Shown here: one piece after another, positions 1-9,323 of the stretch | Layout: each line of letters begins with the position of its first letter | Numbering within the stretch: the first letter of the stretch is position 1 | Source of the DNA: Acidobacteriota bacterium | GTDB lineage: Bacteria; Acidobacteriota; Vicinamibacteria; Vicinamibacterales; 2-12-FULL-66-21 | Reading direction: 5' to 3' | DNA length: 64,000 bases | Assembly (NCBI GenBank): GCA_046727175.1 | Contig: JBKPCD010000132.1 | Span: 29,474-93,473 of the forward strand | Made by a program: the position numbers and the translations under genes | Notes under the pieces: generated by a model | Databases searched by the model: none | What the model was told of the DNA's origin: nothing | What the model saw: the letters and a program-made list of their open reading frames with translations, nothing else

Positions 1-287
1 TTGCGTCCGTGCTTTCGATCTTTATCTTTACCTCTGCCGCTCTCACGGGCGTGGTAGACTGAATATATCCACGGCACGCGCCAACGGCGACGCTTCAGCC
101 GCAACCCGCGCACGATGCCGTGGCCCTCGGAAGGCGTCCACTCCGGCAACTGCGAGCGGCCGCAGACTTTGGTCGGGGACGCTGCCGAAAGGCGATGCGG
201 TGACGATCGGCCAGATAATGCTCGCCGGTTGTCGCCACCCGCTCTCGAAACACACGAGTCGTTGACGGCTCGCGGATCCGACGCTTC

Positions 288-2036
288 ATGACGAACTGGG
301 AACAACGAGAGCAGGCGCGTCAGGTCCTTGCGCGTGAAGTGGGCTACGTACGAAAGCCGCACGGCGGCCGGCTGCGCGTTGCCCTGGCGTTCCCGAACAC
401 CTACTTCGTCGGGATGTCGAGCCTCGGGTTCCAGACGGTCTACCAGCTTTTCAACCAGATAGACAACGTGGTGTGCGAGCGGGTGTTTCTGCCGGGCCGG
501 CAGGAGCTGCAACGCCACCTGACCTCGGGTGCTCCGCTCCTGACGATCGAGTCGCAGACACCGGCCGCGAACTTCGACGTGCTCGCGTTTTCGGTTTCGT
601 TCGAATGGGACTACACGAACGTCGTGAGCATGCTGCGTCTCGCGGGCCTGAAACCGAGAGCCGATGCCCGCTCCGCGCGCGATCCGCTCGTCGTTATCGG
701 CGGCGCGGTGACGTTCGTCAATCCTGAGCCTCTGGCGCCGTTTACGGACGTGATCGCCGCCGGCGAGGGAGAAGTGCTCGTGCCGGAGCTCGTCTCGGCG
801 CTGCGTGAAGCAGCCGATCGGCAGGAAGTGCTTTCGCGGCTCGCCGCCGCTCGCGGATTCTACGTGCCGTCGTTCTACGACGTCCACTACGAGCCCGAGG
901 GCGCGATTGCGGCGTTCGAACCTCGAGGCGGGACCGGCGCGCCTTCCGTCGTGACAAAGGCGGCGGTCAAGAACGCGGAGCGACTCGATCCCCCTGCGAC
1001 CTCGATCTTCACGCCCGACACCGAGTTCGGGTCGCGCTTCCTCGTCGAAGTCGTGCGCGGCTGCGCCAACCTGTGCCGCTTCTGCTGGGCCGGCTACAAC
1101 TATCTGCCTGTCCGAGCATTTCCCGCCGACAAGATTCTCGAGCGCGCCGCGAACGCACGTCAGCACGCCTCGCGTGCCGGCCTCGTGTCGATCGCGCTCT
1201 GTGACCATCCCGAGATCGAGCGAATCCTCGGGGAGCTGCTCGACATGGGGTACTCGATCAGCCCGGCATCGCTCCGGGTCGACGATCTGACCGGACCCAT
1301 CGTCCGGCTGCTGCACCGCAGCGGAGAGCGTTCCATAACAATTGCTCCAGAGGCGGGGACCGATCGATTGCGTCGCGTGATCAACAAGACGGTGACGAAC
1401 GCCGAGATCCTCGAAGCGACGGAACTGATCTTCGCGAACGGAATCGAGAACCTGAAGCTGTACTACATGATTGGGCTTCCGACGGAAGCCGACGCGGACA
1501 TCGTTGGCATTCGCGATCTGACGGTCGCCATGCGCGACGTGATGATGAAGTACGCCCGTGACCGGGGGCGGCCAGGCCGCATTGTCGGGAGCGTGAATCC
1601 GCTGATCCCGAAGCCAGGCACGACCTATCAGTGGCTGCCGATGGAGGACCCGGCGGTCACGGATCGGAAAGCGAAGCGGCTCCGGCACGTGCTTGGCGGT
1701 ATCGACAACGTCTACTTCAACATCAAGTCCGAGCGACATTCGTACTACCAGGCGCTGCTCTCGCTGGGCGATCGCCGCGTCGCGGTCGCCATCGAGGCGG
1801 CAGAGCGGAATGGCGGCAACTGGCGCGCCGCGGTTGCCGAGACGGGACTCGATGCGGGCTTCTACATCTTTCGCGACCGCTCGAATGACGACGTCCTGCC
1901 ATGGGACATCATCGACGGCGGGATGAAGAAGACGTTCTTCCAGAGCGAACTGCACAAGTCGTTCAGCGAAGAATGGACGCTGCCTCCGAAACGACAGAAA
2001 GAGAATCTCAAGTTCCTGCCGGTGTTGTCCGGCTGA
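288..2036 (+). CDS. B12-binding-domain radical SAM protein
   Basis: 582-aa ORF with radical SAM cluster motif CANLCRFCWAG (CxxxCxxC) after an N-terminal B12-binding-like domain. Resembles the ~600-aa B12-binding radical SAM family (from memory, not searched). Confidence 0.75.
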   Translation: MTNWEQREQARQVLAREVGYVRKPHGGRLRVALAFPNTYFVGMSSLGFQTVYQLFNQIDNVVCERVFLPGRQELQRHLTSGAPLLTIESQTPAANFDVLAFSVSFEWDYTNVVSMLRLAGLKPRADARSARDPLVVIGGAVTFVNPEPLAPFTDVIAAGEGEVLVPELVSALREAADRQEVLSRLAAARGFYVPSFYDVHYEPEGAIAAFEPRGGTGAPSVVTKAAVKNAERLDPPATSIFTPDTEFGSRFLVEVVRGCANLCRFCWAGYNYLPVRAFPADKILERAANARQHASRAGLVSIALCDHPEIERILGELLDMGYSISPASLRVDDLTGPIVRLLHRSGERSITIAPEAGTDRLRRVINKTVTNAEILEATELIFANGIENLKLYYMIGLPTEADADIVGIRDLTVAMRDVMMKYARDRGRPGRIVGSVNPLIPKPGTTYQWLPMEDPAVTDRKAKRLRHVLGGIDNVYFNIKSERHSYYQALLSLGDRRVAVAIEAAERNGGNWRAAVAETGLDAGFYIFRDRSNDDVLPWDIIDGGMKKTFFQSELHKSFSEEWTLPPKRQKENLKFLPVLSG

Positions 2037-2049
2037 AGCCGGACAACAC
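2022..2049. terminator. Perfect 12-bp hairpin spanning a stop codon between convergent genes
   Basis: GTGTTGTCCGGC-TGAA-GCCGGACAACAC. The TGA in the loop is the stop of the 288..2036 CDS. There is no U tract, so terminator function is uncertain. Confidence 0.3.
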
Positions 2050-2071
2050 GAGTCCGGGTGAAGCTGGCCGT

Positions 2072-2377
2072 CTATACGTTTGCTTGTACCTGCAGGCTGC
2101 TCTCGTAGGCCTGCAGGATCAGATCGCGTACGCGATCCTGAGCGGTGGCGTCGGTCAACGGGCGAAGGAGCGCGAAACTCCGACGCTCGCCATTCACCGA
2201 GAACTGACGCGCCGGGAACGTGACATTCCTGCCGTCGCCGGTCTTGGTTTTCCGCTCCCAGATCGCGAAGCCAATCAACTTCAAACCCTCGAGCGGCCCC
2301 GAGGAGAAGTGCAATTCCGCGTCAGCGAGCTTTCCTGGTGGATTCCCCTTTTCGTACGGCACGATCTTGACGGTCAT
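2072..2377 (-). CDS. Small conserved-looking protein, weakly SpoVG-like
   Basis: 101 aa from the internal ATG at 2377 (MTVKIVPYEKG...), with AAGGGAG 6 nt upstream. The upstream part of the 222-aa track ORF is Arg/Ser-rich junk. The pattern ...VTFPARQF..NGERRSFALLRP....ILQAY loosely resembles SpoVG. Confidence 0.45.
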   Translation of the reverse strand: MTVKIVPYEKGNPPGKLADAELHFSSGPLEGLKLIGFAIWERKTKTGDGRNVTFPARQFSVNGERRSFALLRPLTDATAQDRVRDLILQAYESSLQVQANV

Positions 2378-2648
2378 TGTTCGCTCCCTTTTGCCTCTGA
2401 ACGGCGAGGGCGGCAAGCGCTGTTGCGATTGAGGACAGGCAAGGCGCGCGCCGCCCGCCGCGTCTCGATCGCTGCGGGCGGAAACATCTGAGGAGACGCG
2501 CCTTTTGCGCGACCCGAGCCGCGCCGCCGATGGCGTGCATTTGTCCACCCGCACAGCAAGCAAACTGGCGTTGCGCGGAACGGGCGAGAGGTCGTCCGGT
2601 GCCGCCCCAGGAACGAGCCAACGCGTGTTGCGGATGTGATTCCGGAGG

Positions 2649-3038
2649 TTACTCGCCGAAGAGCAGCACCTGTGCGATCGCCAGGGCTTCGGAATGCGTG
2701 ATCGTGACGAGCGAATTGCGGACCCGCAGCCGTAACGCATGGCGCGCGGCAGCGCCGTGGAGCTGCAGGCGCGGAGGACCGCCGTGGCGGACGACCTCGA
2801 CGTCCTTCCAGAGCACTCCGTGCGCGTGACCGGTCCCGAGCGCCTTCATGGCCGCTTCTTTCGCGGCGAAGCGGCCGGCGAGGTGCGGCACCGGATCCCG
2901 CCGACGCGTACAATAGGCAATCTCCTCGTCCGTGAACACACGACGCAGGAAGCGGTCGCCGTACCGTTTCAGCGCTTCAGCGACTCGCGGAATGTCCGTG
3001 GCGTCCAACCCGAGACCAACGATTGACATGCCCACCAC
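2649..3038 (-). CDS. acpS: Holo-[acyl-carrier-protein] synthase
   Basis: 129 aa. N-terminus SIVGLGLDATDIPRV, FTDEEIAYC and C-terminal ITHSEALAIAQVLL are typical of AcpS 4'-phosphopantetheinyl transferases. Confidence 0.85.
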   Translation of the reverse strand: MVGMSIVGLGLDATDIPRVAEALKRYGDRFLRRVFTDEEIAYCTRRRDPVPHLAGRFAAKEAAMKALGTGHAHGVLWKDVEVVRHGGPPRLQLHGAAARHALRLRVRNSLVTITHSEALAIAQVLLFGE

Positions 3039-3807
3039 GCCTCAGCCTAATCGTGCGTTCGCATGGACGCAAGCGCCCTGGGGACCGGTGCTGCAGTGCA
3101 GCCTGCTTGGCGAGGTCGCCGTTCATCTCTTCACCATCGGGAATCTCGATTTGCGCAACGAGCGGCGAGAGTGGAGCGACCTCGCGCACGCGATGGGCGT
3201 CGACGAAAGACGCCTTCGACTGATTCGACAGGTGCACGGGGCTGCCGTGGCGGTCGTCCGGCGAGGATCCGCTCACGCCTGGAATCCACCTGAAGCGGAC
3301 GTCATCGTCAGCGACGATCCGGCGGCTGCGATCGCGGTTCGCGTCGCCGACTGTGCCCCGATTCTCCTTGCCGATCGGCGCGTGGCGGTAGTTGGAGCGG
3401 TGCACGCCGGTTGGCGCGGCACGTTGAGACGCGCCGCCCAGGCCGGCGTCGCGGCGTTGCAGAAGGAGTTCGGTTCCGATCCGAAGCACCTTGTCGCGGC
3501 GATTGGCCCGTGCCTGGGCCCCTGTTGCGGCGAAGTTGGCGAAGAAGTGCTGACGGCCTTTCGTGACGCAGGTCACAGTCCGGACGATCTGAATCGATGG
3601 TTCCGGCCAGGTTCGTCAGGCCGTTCTTTTCTGGATCTGTGGACGGCAAACCGCGATCAGCTGCTGAATGCCGGTGTCCCGGGCGATCAGGTGTTCACGG
3701 CGGAGTTGTGCACACAGTCGCACACGCCGTTGCTGCATTCGTACAGGGTGGCAAGAGAAAAGGCCGGCAGGATGGTCGGGGTGATACGACCGCGCGTAGC
3801 CCGGTAA
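3028..3807 (+). CDS. pgeF: Peptidoglycan editing factor PgeF / YfiH laccase-domain protein
   Basis: Motifs QVHGAAVAVV, VRVADCAPILLAD, GAVHAGWRGT and a C-terminal CT....HSYR. Start moved to ATG 3028 because the longer ORF overlaps acpS. Confidence 0.8.
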   Translation: MPTTPQPNRAFAWTQAPWGPVLQCSLLGEVAVHLFTIGNLDLRNERREWSDLAHAMGVDERRLRLIRQVHGAAVAVVRRGSAHAWNPPEADVIVSDDPAAAIAVRVADCAPILLADRRVAVVGAVHAGWRGTLRRAAQAGVAALQKEFGSDPKHLVAAIGPCLGPCCGEVGEEVLTAFRDAGHSPDDLNRWFRPGSSGRSFLDLWTANRDQLLNAGVPGDQVFTAELCTQSHTPLLHSYRVAREKAGRMVGVIRPRVAR

Positions 3808-3866
3808 CCCGCGCAGCTTCTCCCGTCCTTGTCTCCTGTTGATTATCGCTGCCGGTCAGGTCCCTT

Positions 3867-4316
3867 TCAGGCGCTCGGTTTTGGGTTCTGCTCGCTGGTC
3901 TTTCCTGCCGCAATCATCGCCTCTGATTCATCCATTCCGAGGTTCGACAAACGGTCGGCTTCCTTGTTCATCTCACGCCGCACGTGCTCGAAGGTGACGT
4001 CGTCGAGCTCCATCACGAGAAGGCGGGCTCGGACGTACAACGGCCGCAGGCCTGGATGCTTGACCTTGTACTCGCCGCGCATCTGTCGGACGAGCAGCTC
4101 TGAATCGGCTCGAATCCGCACTTTCCGGTAACCGTGTTCGACCGCCCAGCGCAGCGCAGCGAGGAGGGCGTTGTACTCCGCGGCGTTGTTCGTCGCGATT
4201 CCAATCCCGCCATGCAGCTCCTCGAGCAGATTGCCGTTCTCATCCTCGATCCGGATGCCGTAGCCGGCCGGACCGGGATTACCGCGCGCGCCGCCGTCGA
4301 TGTACGCGGTGATCAT
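3867..4316 (-). CDS. Ribonuclease H family protein
   Basis: 149 aa. MITAYIDGGARGNPGPAGYG and NNAAEYNALLAAL match the RNase H type 1 fold signature. Confidence 0.8.
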   Translation of the reverse strand: MITAYIDGGARGNPGPAGYGIRIEDENGNLLEELHGGIGIATNNAAEYNALLAALRWAVEHGYRKVRIRADSELLVRQMRGEYKVKHPGLRPLYVRARLLVMELDDVTFEHVRREMNKEADRLSNLGMDESEAMIAAGKTSEQNPKPSA

Positions 4317-4414
4317 GGCGTGCCTGCATGCCCGGTGCTTCGTGCCAAGTGCCTGGTGCCTGTGCCTGGTGCAAAGGTGGTCTTCGCGGTGCCGCGTCGT
4401 TCTCAGCAGAGCGG

Positions 4415-5155
4415 TTATGAGGAGGGCGGCGATGTCGAGCCCTCAGCGGCGGCAGGAACGAAGTACAGGATCCGCGAGCAACTCTCACATTGTATGAGGC
4501 TGTCGTTTCGGCGAACCTCGTTGAAGACCTGGGGGCGCAGCCGCACGTGGCATTGCGTGCAGTGGCCCTCGCGCGCTTCGGAGAGGGCGAAACCCTTGCG
4601 ATGCCGGGCGACGTAATCGAAGAGTGCAATCGCCCGCGGCGAGAGCTTCGCGACGATCGCCGCGCGTGCGTCAGCGAGGCGCTCCGTTTCACTCTCCAGC
4701 TGCACGCGCTCGGCCTCGAGCTGCTGCTTCTCCCGCGCGACTTCGGCTTGTTCGGCCTTGAGCGCCGCCTCGGCCCCTTTCAGCTCGCCGGCCAGAATCT
4801 CGGCCTCCTCCATGCGATCGAGCAGCCGGTCTTCCTGACTGCGAACGCTCTGTTCGGCCGTGGCGATTTCATGCTGCATCGCCTGGTATTCCTTGTTCGT
4901 CTTCACCTCCATCAACTGATCTTTGAACTTGCTGAGGCGCCCCTGGACGAACGCCAGTTCCTTTTCGATTTCGCGCCTCGCCGCCTGGCTCGCGCTCATG
5001 CGTTCCTTGATCACCGACAACGCTGTAGTCCGGTCCGACAGCCGCTTCTCGAGCGCGTCCTGTGCGGCCGGTATGTCGGCGATCCGCCGGCGATTGCGGT
5101 CGACAGAGAGATCGAGGTCCTGGAGCTGGATCAGATGCTGGAGGTCAGAGTGCAT
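4415..5155 (-). CDS. Coiled-coil protein with C-terminal C4 zinc ribbon (COG1579-like)
   Basis: 246 aa of long heptad-rich coiled coil, then CTQCHVRL...CESCSRILY. Pairing of this family with RNase H is known from actinobacteria. Confidence 0.7.
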   Translation of the reverse strand: MHSDLQHLIQLQDLDLSVDRNRRRIADIPAAQDALEKRLSDRTTALSVIKERMSASQAARREIEKELAFVQGRLSKFKDQLMEVKTNKEYQAMQHEIATAEQSVRSQEDRLLDRMEEAEILAGELKGAEAALKAEQAEVAREKQQLEAERVQLESETERLADARAAIVAKLSPRAIALFDYVARHRKGFALSEAREGHCTQCHVRLRPQVFNEVRRNDSLIQCESCSRILYFVPAAAEGSTSPPSS

Positions 5156-5162
5156 CTACGCT

Positions 5163-5265
5163 GCAGATTGTAGATTGCTGGTTGCAGATTTCGGCATTGG
5201 TGGTGGATTGTGGATTCGTCTGCGAGTGCCGAGCAATGTGCAGTCTGCAATCTGCATTCGTCAAT
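5163..5265. repeat. Period-7 array pair, GATTGCA family (NNAGATT x8 then NNGCAAT x5)
   Basis: gcagatt gtagatt gctggtt gcagatt tcggcat tggtggt ggattgt ggattcg ... gagcaat gtgcagt ctgcaat ctgcatt cgtcaat. Lies between the Zn-ribbon gene start and the tRNA 3' end. Confidence 0.8.
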
Positions 5266-5269
5266 CGGG

Positions 5270-5345
5270 TGGTGGGCCCACCAGGATTCGAACCTGGGAC
5301 AGGCCGGTTATGAGCCGGCGGCTCTGACCGCTGAGCTATGGGCCC
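5270..5345 (-). tRNA. tRNA-Met (anticodon CAT), elongator type or Ile2-type
   Basis: 76 nt including CCA. Acceptor GGGCCCA/TGGGCCC, D arm GCTC-AGCGGTCA-GAGC, anticodon arm GCCGG-CTCATAA-CCGGC, T arm CCAGG-TTCGAAT-CCTGG. The paired 1-72 position and lack of three G-C pairs in the anticodon stem argue against an initiator. Confidence 0.9.
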
Positions 5346-5347
5346 CT

Positions 5348-5445
5348 AAAAAGGGACAAGGGAAAAGGGACAAAGGAAAACCGTTCGACTTCGCCCTTGG
5401 CCGTTTCAGCTTGCCTTTCCCTGCTCCCTTTTCCCTTTCCCTTTT
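5348..5445. repeat. Period-7 array pair, AAAAGGG / CCTTTTC family
   Basis: aaaaggg acaaggg aaaaggg acaaagg aaaaccg ... gcctttc cctgctc ccttttc cctttcc cttttct. Fills the tRNA-rpoD spacer up to the rpoD stop. Confidence 0.8.
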
Positions 5446-7161
<1,716 letters not shown>

Positions 7162-7177
7162 GCCCTCCTAAGACGCC

Positions 7178-7203
7178 GATTCGCACGGATTGGCGCGGAT
7201 CAG
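7178..7203. repeat. Copy 1 of a 23-26-nt dyad-like motif GATTCACGCGGATTTCGCGGATC
   Basis: GATTCGCACGGATTGGCGCGGATCAG, 17 nt upstream (opposite strand) of the rpoD ATG. 22 of 26 positions are identical to the copy at 21572..21597. Confidence 0.7.
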
Positions 7204-7377
7204 AGGAGATTCGACGATCGCCAACCCGCCTGACGCCCCGGCTTCCCCCCGCGCACAATACGCGTGGTAGGGCTCCGGTTCATCCCACGAATGAACGCGC
7301 AATGAATCCAAATCACCCAGCTTACGATCCGCACTCACCGATCCGCAACCCACCGCGCGACTATCCCTCATCCGCAA

Positions 7378-9150
7378 TCAGCAATTCAGAGATTCAATCT
7401 GCTGCAAGAGGGCCTTTTTCCGGTCCCAGAGCGCGATGATTTCGTGTTCGTGCCGATCCGCGCCCTGCTCCTGGAGCCGGTCGATTTCCCGTTGAACGGC
7501 GGCGCGCTCACGGTCGTACCGCAGACGTTTAAGCGTCCGAACGCAGTCGGCGGCAACCGAGGGGGGGTGGGTCTGCCGGCCGATCTCGTCGACCAGCGCA
7601 GCCTCTCCAGTACTTAGACGCTCGACGAGCGTCTGCGGTAAGGACGTTGCCGGCCATCCCTGCAGGGATCGCGCCTGCTCGATGATCGAACCAGTCGCCA
7701 GGCCCTCCGTGTCCCCGGCTTCGAGCTCGGCAAGCGCCGCCACACCCTCTTCCGGTGCCCGCATCAATGCCCAAATCAGTCCGCGCTCTGCCGGTTTCAC
7801 CTGACCGAGTCCAATGGCCCGTCGCTCGATGTCCGGCGTCGTAGTTTGACGCTGGACCGCGGCGCGCCTGATCTCCGCGCGTACTACCTCTTCTGTAATT
7901 CGTGCCTTGTGCGCCAGTCTGTCCGCAAATTGGTCACGTGCGGCCGCGTCCGGAATTCTTGCCGCGACCGTCAGCATCTGGCCCAGAAACTCTCGCCGGC
8001 CCTCGGGCAGACTCAAATCGTGCGCCGACGCCGTTCGATCGAGCAGGTATTCGAGCCACGGCTGCGATTCCCGGAGCCGCGCCTGATACTCGTTTCCCCC
8101 ACGTTTCCTGATGAAATTATCGGGATCGTCGCCCGGCGGCAGCATTGCCACGTTCACCTGAAAGCCTTCGGTCACCAGCAGCTCGGAAGATCGGGCCGCC
8201 GCTCCCTGCCCCGCCGCGTCGGGATCAAAACTGAGGACGACCTTCGTGGCAAAACGTTTCAGCAGGCGGACCTGGGCCGGCGTGAGGGCAGTTCCAGACG
8301 TGGCGACCACATTCGCAATCCCCGCCTGCCATGCCTGCGCGAAATCGAAGTAGCCTTCCACCATCACGGCATACTTCGCGCGGCCGATCGGCGTCTTGCT
8401 CAGGTGAAGCCCGTACAGGGTGCGACCCTTGACATAAATCGGTGTTTCGGGCGAATTCAGGTACTTCGGCTGCTGACTGGACTCCATGGCCCGGCCGCCA
8501 AATGCGACGATCGTGCCGTTGTCGCGGCAGATGGGGATCATCAGCCGCCCGCGGAAGCGATCGACGACGGTATCCTCATCGCGCTGTACCACGAGTCCGC
8601 TCCTGAGCAGGGTGTCAGGCGAGACCCCCTCGTTCGACAGCCTGGTCTTCAACCCTTCACGGATGGGTGGCGCATACCCGATTCCGAGGAGCTCGATCGT
8701 CGCCTTCGTCAGGCCGCGCTCCTCGAGCAGACGAACAGCCGGACCGCCCGCTCGGCTGTCCAGTTGTTCCCGAAACCACGCTGCCGCGACTTCGTGCACC
8801 TTCAGCAGCGTCTCACGTTCGTGTTGACTCTCCGCATCGTCACGCGAATTCCCTGTTTCGGGGACCGTCAGTCCTGCGCGCGCGGCGAGCAGCCTGACGG
8901 CTTCCGGGAACGATACCTTGTCGAACAACTCGACGAACTTGATCACGTCACCACCGACACCGCACCCGAAGCAATGAAAGAATCCCTTGTCTTCGTGGAC
9001 GATGAACGACGGCGTCTTCTCGCCGTGAAACGGGCAGAGCCCCTTCCACGCGGTTCCGCTCCGCCGCAGCGAGACACGCTCCTGAATGACCTGCACGATG
9101 CTCGCGTGCGACTTCAAGTCATCGATGAACGACGGAGGGAATAATGCCAT
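7378..9150 (-). CDS. dnaG: DNA primase
   Basis: Zinc finger CPFHGEKTPSFIVHEDKGFFHCFGCGVGGD and TOPRIM segment VMVEGYFD. Start set to ATG 9150 (MALFPPSFIDDLK); the 59 upstream codons are translation of a heptamer repeat. Confidence 0.93.
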   Translation of the reverse strand: MALFPPSFIDDLKSHASIVQVIQERVSLRRSGTAWKGLCPFHGEKTPSFIVHEDKGFFHCFGCGVGGDVIKFVELFDKVSFPEAVRLLAARAGLTVPETGNSRDDAESQHERETLLKVHEVAAAWFREQLDSRAGGPAVRLLEERGLTKATIELLGIGYAPPIREGLKTRLSNEGVSPDTLLRSGLVVQRDEDTVVDRFRGRLMIPICRDNGTIVAFGGRAMESSQQPKYLNSPETPIYVKGRTLYGLHLSKTPIGRAKYAVMVEGYFDFAQAWQAGIANVVATSGTALTPAQVRLLKRFATKVVLSFDPDAAGQGAAARSSELLVTEGFQVNVAMLPPGDDPDNFIRKRGGNEYQARLRESQPWLEYLLDRTASAHDLSLPEGRREFLGQMLTVAARIPDAAARDQFADRLAHKARITEEVVRAEIRRAAVQRQTTTPDIERRAIGLGQVKPAERGLIWALMRAPEEGVAALAELEAGDTEGLATGSIIEQARSLQGWPATSLPQTLVERLSTGEAALVDEIGRQTHPPSVAADCVRTLKRLRYDRERAAVQREIDRLQEQGADRHEHEIIALWDRKKALLQQIESLNC

Positions 9151-9156
9151 TACGTC

Positions 9157-9319
9157 GATTGACGATTGCAGATTGGAGATTGCGGATTGACGGATTGTTG
9201 ATTCTGATTGCAGATTGTCGATTGCGACTACTGACGTAGCGGCAGAATCAATATCCTCAATCTGCAATCCGTCAATCTGCAATCTGCAGTCCGTCAATCT
9301 GCAATCTGCAATCCGCAAT
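9157..9319. repeat. ~165-bp imperfect palindrome made of ~10 GATTGNN heptamers and ~10 NNCAATC heptamers
   Basis: gattgac gattgca gattgga gattgcg gattgac ggattgtt gattct gattgca gattgtc gattgcg - 16-nt centre - cagaatc ... ctcaatc tgcaatc cgtcaatc tgcaatc tgcagtc cgtcaatc tgcaatc tgcaatc cgcaat. Confidence 0.9.
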
Positions 9320-9323
9320 AAGT

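Noticed and set aside
100-287. Cobalamin riboswitch upstream of the B12-binding radical SAM gene
   Set aside because: GGTCGGGGACGCTGCC (171-186) resembles a B12 box (about 10 of 16 positions to AGTCAGGAGACCTGCC). The upstream GGGAA..GGTG..AA..CC and GCCACTG elements are not evident, and B12-dependent enzymes are not typical riboswitch targets. Check with Rfam RF00174.
95-289. 64-aa minus-strand ORF (and 43..255) at the window start
   Set aside because: It has no recognisable family, mixed third-position composition and no SD, and its ATG overlaps the divergent radical SAM start. The support is insufficient to call a gene.
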